Below, one piece after another: positions 11,313 through 21,211 of a stretch of 64,000 bases of DNA. The notes under the pieces are model-generated. The model did no database searches, was not told the DNA's origin, and worked only from the letters and a program-made list of their open reading frames with translations. Both the position numbers and the translations under genes were made by a program. The stretch comes from Chlorokybus atmophyticus. Taxonomy: Eukaryota; Plantae; Mesostigma and Chlorokybus algae. Numbering within the stretch: position 1 is the stretch's first letter; the number at the start of each line of letters is the position of its first letter. The stretch lies in assembly GCA_009103225.1 (NCBI GenBank), contig RHPI01000772.1, positions 289,538 to 353,537 on the forward strand, given 5' to 3'.

Positions 11313-13826
11313 TGTTGAAGGTATCACATGGGTGATGCTTGTATCCGGTCAGCTTGCCCTCTACACAAGAGTTGAGAGTTGAAGGTATGGGCTGAGCACG
11401 TGGACTCCAAACTTAGCAAGATGGTCGAGCCAGGCCGGATTCCGGACCAGCTGAGTAGAGCGTTGGAAGAAACCGCGTAGCTTTGTGGATACGTAAGCTT
11501 AGCAGGTGTGGCTTAGCTTGTTGGAAATCTCTGGTCGTGAGCTAAACAGCGCAACTTAGAGCGCGTTGAAGGGCTGAGTATTGTGCACGCGGTGCTTGCA
11601 AATGTAGACGTGTGTAGAAACTGGTGGGGTATAAAACCTCTGGACTTGTATGGCATTTATGGCAGTAGCAGTTATGCTCTTGTGTTAATGTTGTTGGCGT
11701 GTCACTTGCACGTGTGTATGTCAACAGGTTATGGGCCCACACATGCTTGTGTAGGTTGATGGAGTGTGTTACAATTGTGTGAGTAGCTGTAGTTGCTTGG
11801 TGTGGAGTAGGTTGTAAGGTCTGCAAGTAGCAGAGGGCAACCACGGCCACAAGCATGGATGGCTTGAAGTTCACAATTGAACCACTGGACGTTGACAACT
11901 ACAACACATGGGGCATGGAGATGGAGCTACTACTGGCCCACAAGGAGCTGTGGAAGTATGTGGATCCGGCGGAGGCAGTCCCTGTAGGCAAAGCGAGTAT
12001 CGGGGCAACATAAGGGAGAAAAGCTTTATCTTTGATAGGCTTGCACATGGCTGATCATCACCTGGTGTTGGTGAAGGAGTGCAAGAGTGCACAGGAGCTT
12101 TGGACGAAGTTGGATAGCCACTTCAAGTCGCGCAACATGGCAAGGAGATTGCAGCTGAGGCAGGAGCTCAACTCATTACGCAAGGAGAGCTGGGAGCCCA
12201 TTGTCAAGTTCATGGCGCGAGCGAAGGCGTTGTACAGGGACTTGCTGGGTGTTGGCCATAAGCTTAAAGAAGTTGAGGTGGTGTGGGCTGTGCTCTCAAG
12301 TTTGCCCAAAGAGTACAGGGTTGTTGTCACTATCTTGGAGTCTGGGAAGGAGGACTTGTCAATGGATGGGGTGACACCAATGCTTCTTCAAGAAGAGCAG
12401 CGCTTGAGGAAGGAGGATGATGATGGAGAAGGAGCACTTGGAGGCACTATGGTATTCACGTCATCATCGAAGCATCATGTGAGGAAGGGCGTTCGAGGCA
12501 TCAACGTGGAGTGTTGGCACTGCGGGGAGCGTGGTCATGTCAAGATGAAGTGTCCCAAGTTGAAGAAGAGCTGATGGTGAGCAGCGAGCGGTTGCTTTCC
12601 ATGCATCGGATGAGGGAGCGGAGTATCTTGGGTGGGTGCTGAATACGGGAGCAAATAGACAGCTTACAAGCGACAGGAGCAAGCTCACCAACCTCACTCC
12701 TTTACTTGAGCCAGTTACGGTGGATTTTGAGAACCGGCAAATGCTGGAAGCTGTTGCAAAGGGAGATGCCAATCTGAGGTGCAAGGTTGGTTGTATGGTG
12801 AAGGAGGTTGTGCTTAAGGATGTCTTGTATGTGCCAGGTGCATGTGCTAGTTCGTTCTCAATACGTAAAGCCACGATAGTTGGTGCAAAAGCTGTATTTG
12901 ATGCGGACAAGGCTGGTATAGAGCTTGGCGGTGTCACGCATGTAATAGGCATTAACAGGGGTGGACTCTACTATGTGGAGGAGGACGGTGCGCACAAGAT
13001 TGTTGCAAAGACAAGGGTGGTCGAGAAGACAACGTTTAAGACACCACAAGGTCATGGCAACAAGGAGGAGGCACATAAGGTTGCTGTCACGAGAAGCTCG
13101 AAGCCTGTGGGAGCTGCGAAGAGCTACAAGGAAGCGCTGGCGAGCAAGGTGCAGCAAGTGAAGGTTAGCAAGGAGCATGTGCATCAAGAGCATCACAGAG
13201 ACAAGGGCAAGAAGTTGAAGGCCAACCAAGGGGCCCAAGTTGCTGTGAAGGACAAGGTGTTCTTTAATAACAAGTTTTAAGCTTTGATGGGAAGCGTGGA
13301 GGAGCTGGAGCAAGAGGAGGTAAAGAGCTTCTATGCCATTGTTCGGAAGAAGAAGAGAAGCAAGGATGCGAATATGTTGGAGGTGTTGAAGATCAAGCTG
13401 CCCGCGTGGGAGTGTTGAAGGTATCACATGGGTGATGCTTGTATCCGGTCAGCTTGCCCTCTACACAAGAGTTGAGAGTCGAAGGTATGGGCTGAGCACG
13501 TGGACTCCGAACTTAGCAAGATGGTCGAGCCAGGCCGGACTCCGGACCAGCTGAGTAGAGCGTTGGGAGAAACCGCGTAGCTTTGTGGATACGTAAGCTT
13601 AGCAGGCGTGGGTTAGCTTGTTGGAAATCTCTGGTCGTGAGCTAAACAGCGCAACTTAGAGCGCGTTGAAAGGCTGAGTATTGTGCACGCGGTGCTTGCA
13701 AATGTAGACGTGTGTAGAAACTGGCGGGGTATAAAACCCCTGGACTTGTATGGCATTAATGGCAGTAGCAGTCATGCTCTTGTGTTAATGTTGTTGGCGT
13801 GTCACTTGCACGTTTGTATGTCAACA
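11313..13826 (+). mobile_element. Non-autonomous Ty1/copia LTR retrotransposon (gag + protease only)
   Basis: 414-bp LTRs 11313-11726 and 13413-13826 (TGTTG...CAACA, ~12 differences). PBS GGTTATGGGCCC at 11727. Gag from ATG 11855 (MDGLKFTIEPLDVDNYNTW; stop at ~12011; knuckle CWHCGERGHVKMKC). Protease-like WVLNTGAN; GLYYV pre-integrase-like motif. No integrase/RT/RNaseH. TSD imperfect (ATCGC/CTTGC). Confidence 0.92.
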
Positions 13827-16459
13827 CTTGCCACCAGCATTGGGAGCATGCCCTCACCGGTGAGGGGCTTTGTCGAGCATTATAGGTGGCCTCCCGCGAC
13901 TAACCTAGCCAAGATGGCGGCTTAGAGCCACCTGCTCCACCAGCTGACCCGCCCCCTCCGCTAGTTGATTCACCCCCCTTAAAAGAGTAGGCCCCTTCAA
14001 CAGCGGGGGAATCCACCGCGGAGGGCACATCCGAAGTCGAGATGGAGGACCCAGCTGCACCAACGCAAGAAGGTGAACCACGAGCTGCACTTGTTGTACT
14101 CGCCGAAACATTGGCTGACAGCCCAGCCAACACAGCGTTGTTGCCCCGTCATCATTAAGCCTTTGCGGGCCACCTGACACCATAGACCAACTCCGGTTTC
14201 ACCCAAACATTGGCATAGTTTACAACCTTCTGAGCCATGTCACTTTTGCACACCACTGCTGGTCCCCTCGCCACGTACTGTTTGACACCGGCGCCCATCC
14301 TGTTATCACGTGCAGGCGAGCTGGCGAACTCATTGGTATTGACCTCGATGATTTGGATGAGTTGTCGCACGAGATCCACACTACTTATGGCGCTTTGGAG
14401 ACAACCAGAGGAGAGACGCGCCAGCGCATACCACTGCGCTGCATCGGCTACAGATGAGAAGAGACTACCGTCCAAAATGTGTTTTGCCTTGTCTCCAATT
14501 CGGAAATGTTGGACATCTTCATTGGCATTGAGGCCTTGTTTTCAATCATCGCGGTAATCAACACATGGTTAGAGCACGCACTCTTCCGGCCACGCTGGCA
14601 TCGGGGCAATGGAACACTCGCTGTTGTTCCTCTACGCTTTCGCACCTCTTCTCATTACCCTCTTACATCTATTCCTACCCGACGCGCCAACGTCGTTTTG
14701 CAATGCAGCTTGAACCTGCCTGAGGGGGATCAAGTAAAACCTTAGGCGCTTTACTTAACAAGCTTAAATCACACACGAACACCTTTGCGTGCACTGCGAT
14801 AGGCTTGTCCACATTCATTCTAAGTTAAGGAGCTTGTTGACTTGCAATTTACTCGCACCGTTACACATAAGTGCTAGTTTTAGAGCTGTGTGGGGGGGTT
14901 AAGGGGTATTGCTATATTTGCAAAGGCTTGGTCGCAAGTCTGTGCGACACACTCATTCATTTATTGTTGTAGGCATTGCTAACTTTTGATGATACGTTAT
15001 TCTAGACCGAGCGTATACATTGCGGTTAAAGTTGGTTGGTTATCAGCTTAAGGAGGGGGGNGAGACCAGATAATTGTTCATATGAGGCAGCGTGGTATCC
15101 TTGCACTCGTCCTTGAGGAGACTTATGCAAACAGCACCGGCGGAGTCCAACATCGCCGCTGCTACACAATGTAACTCACGTTTTGAAGTGCATGACAAAA
15201 TATCAACTTCACAAACTGAGGCTCCTCGTAAAGTAGCCAAGCAAGTTCCCGCACAGCACCGCCGGCTTGCACAGGCTATTGCGGCCCGCGTGGCACCGCT
15301 CCAGTCACCTCGCCCCCTGTGCCTCTCGATAGTCTTCGCTAGCTGGACCTTTCTACAATGTGCATGACACCACAGCGGCGTTGCGACGGCAGTATGTCAA
15401 AGGTGATATGTTGTTAAAGGTACATGTATAGGCGGCGCTTACATGTAGTTGGTACGATCAGCTTAACCTTAATAGATACGGGAGTTACAAAAGTTACAGG
15501 AGATTTGGCAGTTATGGTTAGCCGTTATGATCAACCGCCGTCAACTTTCACTTGGACTGTTGACTAATGTTGACTAGTGTTGACTTTGACTCGGATTGAA
15601 TAGAGTTGACTAGTGCTTGATAGCATGGTATATAAGACACTGTATACTGCTTAATACAATGGGTCGCATATTGTCTCTGTAGTTGGCGTGCTTGCTTGTA
15701 ATAGACAAGGCCAAATTTCGTAATTTTCATGGCCATTTTAGGCCTTATTTGTGAGATACCATGTTATTCATAACTTGTGATGGATATCGGCGAGTTGCGA
15801 GTCTGCCGCAGATATCGACCGGCCCAGGGCCTGTCTGGAAGACGCCAGAAAACGGAGGGCCAGTCGAGAAGGGCTCGACTAGATTTCTGGAAGGGCCTGG
15901 CGCCAAGTAGTATAACTTGACTATATGAGCAGCAAATGAGGAGATCTTTGGTGCGTCGGACAGTTCTAAAAGTGTACTACAACATTCTGCAAGAATATCT
16001 TAGCTTCTAGTGCCGTCTAGCGCTAGAATCGTCTAAACAATAGCATGTTCAGACTGATAGGTATAAAAGTGACATTTTACAATTTGCAATACAACCTTTG
16101 GGTCCCTAGTTTCTTGTGTGCAAGCTTGGTGGTGGTTAGCAGGGGTTGCTAGCGTGTGTCCACTGGTGTGTGCTTGCTTGTGTGACGATCCAAGGCGCTA
16201 CACGTGTCGGTGTGTAGCTTGGAGCGCATGCGCGTGCGTATGCGAGTGGCGGGGCGCGCGTGTGTGCTTGGCAGAGGGGGCAAGGTTCCGGTGTGAATAC
16301 CGTGTCTTGGTGAGAGGGTAGTTGATTGGACCAACTCACAGGTGACAAGGCACGAGCACCGTCACAACTGGTATCAGAGCATGGTTTACGAAGGGAGAGC
16401 GGAAGTGTGTGGGCGTTTACACTTTTCATTCGGGAGCGGAGTGTAGTGTGTTAGTGGAG

Positions 16460-17486
16460 ATGGAGGATGCTCGTATGGAAGAGCTTCAAGCTGCCATCTT
16501 AGCATTGAGGGAAGAGCTTCATCACACTCAAGCGGCGGCACAAGCACAACGCGAGGCGTATGAGCATGCGATGACGCGTGTACAAGTTCCCATGGCATCA
16601 AGCTTGCGCGTGCATGTGAAGGTGCCAAAGCCCAAGCCATTCAAGGGTCAACGTAATGGCGATGCAGTGAATGAATGGATTTTTCAAGTATCGTCGGTTG
16701 GAGCTCACGGAGGTACCCGCACACCTACATGTGGAGGTTGCCGCAATATTGCTTGAAAGTGCAGCACTTGTGTGGTGGAGGCATCGATGTACGCATGTTG
16801 CAAGTGGGTTGGCGCTACCATTCACCATCATGGAAGAGTTGGCACTGGAGGTCAGGCATCAATTTGTTCCCGTTGAGAGCGTGAAGGCCGCACGCGACAA
16901 ACTTGCAGCCCTTGTGCAAATGGGGTCGGTGATGGCGTATACGGCTGTGTTGTAGCAATTAGTGATGTCCATACCCAATATGACCGAGGAGGAGCAGCTG
17001 GACATGTATATATGTGGTTTAAAACCTTTGGGGCGTAAAGAAGTGGAGCTACGGGACCCGAAGACACTCGCGGAGGCTATACGCATCGCGGAGCGTCTCA
17101 ACGCGTCGTACTTCAAGTCCACCACCACAAACACTGATTGGAGGCAAAGGCATGGTGATCAGCCCCGGGGAGGCTTTGCACATGCATGAAGATGAGGAGA
17201 ACCAAGCTTAGCGCTTGCCAATGGAGGTGGAGCTGACTCTGGGCCTGCGCCAATGGAGGTGGGTGCCATACACACGCGTGGAAGTGAGGCGAAGCACGGC
17301 GGACGTGGTGAAAGAGGTAAAGGTGTGCGCAAGTGTTATGCGTGTGGGTCGACTTAGCATTTGGCGTACGGATGCCCCAAACGAAGCACGCAAAGGTTAA
17401 CACCGGATGGCAATCCTCGCTGTGATCGTCGCGTCAACACTATGGAGCAAAATGGCGTGGAGCAGGAAAACAGCTTTCCCCAGTAG
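16460..17486 (+). pseudogene. Chromovirus gag
   Basis: PKPKPFKG, AALVWWR, LVQMGSVMAY, YICGLK, PKTLAEAIRIA and knuckle CYACGST*HLAYGC; frameshifts and premature stops. Confidence 0.88.
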
Positions 17487-17508
17487 GTGAGGAGGCTACT
17501 ACTGGGGA
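17465..17508 (+). promoter_or_regulatory. Putative -1 programmed ribosomal frameshift signal (gag-pol)
   Basis: In-frame G_GAA_AAC heptamer, 5-nt spacer, 10-bp stem TCCCCAGTAG/CTACTGGGGA. Gag stops at 17484-17486. The -1 frame leads to protease DSG at 17690. Confidence 0.7.
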
Positions 17509-18068
17509 TAGGAAGGAGCCTCATGCACGTACGAATGCTGTGACAATTCTATCAAGGAGGTCAGAGGAGATGGCTATGAACGCGCCAACGGTGGTGAGTT
17601 ATGCAAAAGAGGAAATCGCAAAGTACTTCGGGCTTCGAGCACACATTTGCGATGACCAAGGACGATAGAGAGAGTGTAAGCTCATAATCGATAGCGGTGC
17701 CAATAGCAACTTTATAAGTTATGATATTGCGCGGCGTTACAGTTGGCTTTCGTCATTACGAGGAGGTGAAGTGAAGCTTGATGATGGAGAGCCACCCTCT
17801 GGAGGTAATGGCGCTGCGTTCATGATCAAAGAGTTGTGCGTTCGCATTGGGAAGATGAAGGAGAACATTCACCTCTCAGATCGCAGGGCGGATCGGCGGC
17901 GGCGGAGGGGGTGAAGGAATGNAGGCTGGTCTCCTACCCCTGGGCAGGGGGGCTCTCTGACCCCGCCTGATTCGGCGGTAGTTTGCCCGCTGCGCTGCAG
18001 CAGCTGGTCAACGCAGCTGACTTTTCTGGTGCAGCTCCTAAACGCTGCACCACGCGGAGACCATAGCC

Positions 18069-21000
18069 ATGGTGGCTGCTGGTGATCAGGGGCAGGTCCC
18101 CCTGACTCCTCTCCTACCTATGGAGGACTTCCCTTTCCTCGGAGGCGTCGTCCATGAGCGACGAGGAGCGTCTCCTGGTGTTCCAGTTCCGGACGAGCCC
18201 GTGCTCAAGCCCGCTACATGGGCGGATGCGGTGGCAGGCGCCCCTCGGCAGCCACCCCTCCATTCTCTCGATAGCATCGAGGGGACTCTCTCAGAGAGTC
18301 CCACTCTCACAGCTAAGTTGATGGCTGATCTTGCACACACTCCAGGCATCATTGCTAGCACCCTCACCACCACATCCGCATATGCTATCTCACTAGATGA
18401 GCGTGCGTGTGAGCGGTGGCAGTCAGTCTTAGAGCAGCAAGCACTAGTGTTTAGATTCAGATGCACTGAGCCTCAGACATTAGAGTCACGCTTGACATGG
18501 ATAGAAGCTTTGAGTGCACGCAACCCGGCTGCTCCACTGATTGCATCAGTGCACTACACACGGGCGGGGGAAATCCAAGCACTCTTTCACACGGCATCCG
18601 GCACAAAGCACGTCCTTGCCCTTGCAGAGCAACGTCGCTTGCCCACGCTGTTGGGCAAGCCAGTCACGGTGCTTTGTTGGAGCGAGGGCGGTGACGACGA
18701 CAACTTCTAGGTCTCCTTCCAGGGAGCGCATCCTCGAGTCCTTTTCTCTCTCTCTCAAGTCCTTTCCCCGTATGGGCAGCTTGGCGATCCCCTCCGCTCA
18801 GCCGCCTCCGCTTCCCGCTCGTTCACCACACCATCTATGCGCTTTTGCTTCAAACGCAAGGCAGGTGCAGTGCTCCCCCCCTCCGTGCTCATCAAGTCCG
18901 TGTCAGGAGGAGTGGAGCACCTCACGGAGGTGCGCATCATCACCCCCCAGACACCTCCCACCTGCTTCCGCTGCAAGCAAGTGGGGCACTTGCGCAGTCA
19001 TTGCACGGCGCCCCTCCCAGCGTTGACGGCAGCACAGCAAGGCGCAGCTCCCCCCCGCAGACCAGGAGCCTCTCCCCCCCTCAACAACCCCCCCCTTTAC
19101 TNNNNNNNNNNNNNNNNNNNNNNNNNNNNNNNNNNNNNNNNNNNNNNNNNNNNNNNNNNNNNNNNNNNNNNNNNNNNNNNNNNNNNNNNNNNNNNNNNNN
19201 NNNNNNNNNNNNNNNNNNNNNNNNNNNNNNNNNNNNNNNNNNNNNNNNNNNNNNNNNNNNNNNNNNNNNNNNNNNNNNNNNNNNNNNNNNNNNNNNNNNN
19301 NNNNNNNNNNNNNNNNNNNNNNNNNNNNNNNNNNNNNNNNNNNNNNNNNNNNNNNNNNNNNNNNNNNNNNNNNNNNNNNNNNNNNNNNNNNNNNNNNNNN
19401 NNNNNNNNNNNNNNNNNNNNNNNNNNNNNNNNNNNNNNNNNNNNNNNNNNNNNNNNNNNNNNNNNNNNNNNNNNNNNNNNNNNNNNNNNNNNNNNNNNNN
19501 NNNNNNNNNNNNNGGCAGCTGCGCAGGCCCCCCCCCCTCGTCTCCCCACCCCACCTTACCCGCACCCTCCGCCAGCGCTTCGTGCGCAGATCTTGCCCTC
19601 GTCCTCCAGCAGCTGCCTCGCATGACTGCTGATGGCCCAACCCAGCAGCAAACGCTGGAAGGTTGGCTGGAGACAAAGCTTCCGCCGCCGCGCGCAGAGC
19701 ACCCTCCTCCCTCCCCGCGTGTGGCTCCGTATCCGTCACCCTCAAAGTTGTGGTGTGACGATCAGGATGAGGAGGATGACCTCCCGCCAGCCCCGCCTGC
19801 TGGTGGGATGGTCCCCCACGACCAGCCAGTGCAAGCTGCTCGCACAACCCAGGCTGATCGCCATCCCCAACAGCGTCTCTGGTTGGGAGAACTGCTTGAG
19901 GATGCGGGTTTCAAGCCTTCTTCTTCACCATGGGAGACGGCGTTCATCGTCCCAGTGGTGCTTGCCAACGCAGGGGACTCCGCTGACTGCTTGTCCCTAC
20001 TTCTCACGGACACAACACAACGCAACACGGGGCTGCGTTTTGGCAACCTCTTCCCCTCTGCGCAGGGTGAGGCTGACGGCATGCAACATTGTTGCTCCAT
20101 ACTGCGGGCAACGCTGGAGCAGGCCGGTGTGTCACTAGACGCCACCAGGAAGGACGCTGAGCTTGAGTCGTCTGTCTCAAACTCAAGCCCACTCGCGGGG
20201 GGCACGCCATTGCATCCGTGCCTATTCGTTCTTTGCCCACTGCTTCTTCCTGCCGAGGCATGCCACCAAGCAACGGCGCAGCAGCAATGGGTGTCCTTGT
20301 CGGAGTGGCAAGCCCAGGCCCGCCCCAAACTTAGCAAGCACGGAAAGCCTCGCATCACACCCTTGATGATAGCCTCCGCGATGCGCACATGGTGGGAGCA
20401 ACATGCACGCACTCCGCTATCATCACCGTCTCACCCCTCCTCCTCACACACAGACTTCTCGGAGTCTCCCTACACTACCCCTCGCCCACACCACCCCGCA
20501 ATGTCCGCCTCCCCATCCCCAATGGACAGCTCCTCCGTTCCCCGCCTCCCTCCCCCATCCCACCACACACCCTTCCGGGAGGCCTCCCCCCCGTCGGTGA
20601 GAAGAAAATTGCAGCTCTCCCCGTCACACCCCCCTCTCCCCGCAATCACCACCACCCCTTCGGAGAGACTTGCACCCCACCCGCATGCTCTGGCAGTCCT
20701 GGTGTACAAGTATGCGGCCCAATGCTGGTGGCTGGGTCTGGTTCGCCAGAACGGCGACAAGCTAACCATCCCGGCTACCTTGCCAGCGGACCCCTCCCCC
20801 TCCGATCATGGTAGGCAGGCGCGGGGGCTGGCTTTGGCCATGCTGGGCGTCCCGGAGTCTACACATTTTACTCGAAGCCCGGAGCTCTCATTCATGCACA
20901 CGGCGGCAGATGGCACGCCATACCATGTTCACACGTGGTTGTGGCACGACGAGGAAGTAATGTCACAACCCCCCAACACCTCAGGCGCGGAGGATGTGCT

Positions 21001-21211
21001 GTGGGTTGATCCACTCCTTGTTGAGGGCGTTGCGGGAGGCAGCCACAACCTCGTTGAGGCACAGGTGCTGGAGATGTTAGAGCACGCTTCTCACGTCACC
21101 GCCAACACCTCCGCTCAGCACCCTTCTTCATGTCCGTCATGGCCTTTGGCTGGCGGAACCCCTCCTCAAGGCGCGCCATACTCTTGGAAGCGGGTGTTGG
21201 GCCTTGACTGA
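18069..21211 (+). pseudogene. LINE ORF1 (DUF4283-like region, CCHC knuckle, long Pro-rich extension with two Nudix-like segments)
   Basis: ORF from ATG 18069 with one in-frame TAG at 18708 (probable TGG). Knuckle CFRCKQVGHLRSHC at ~18960. After the N gap an open frame of ~565 codons runs 19514-21211; its frame relative to the part before the gap is unknown. Confidence 0.75.
19102..19513. other. Assembly gap (N run)
   Basis: 412 N. Confidence 1.

Larger units (their letters stand above)
3667..14870 (+). mobile_element. Degenerate Ty3/gypsy element A (LTR-like start, gag, two zinc knuckles, long accessory region, aspartic protease; no RT/integrase before the LTR-like fragment)
   Basis: Starts TGTAAG at 3667. 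Gag-like text from ~4200 (SLKDWLCRFNSIA; LQKDESNEAYRQRY; KRKQNETPVQFYEH). Two CCHC knuckles, CHRCGKEGHLIQIC and CNHCGMEGHLEVVC (7967-8074). Protease VLFDTGAHP (DTGA at 14284-14295). 3901-4008 recurs at 14747-14854 after a PPT-like GAGGGGGA. Boundaries approximate. Confidence 0.7.

Noticed and set aside
15540-15620. Short GTTGACTA repeats just upstream of the chromovirus
   Set aside because: Irregular, few copies, no spacers of constant length; not CRISPR-like and no termini could be defined.
18845-19625. Long ORFs reading through N runs (also 30491-31296)
   Set aside because: ORF-finder artefacts; the frame across a gap cannot be inferred.
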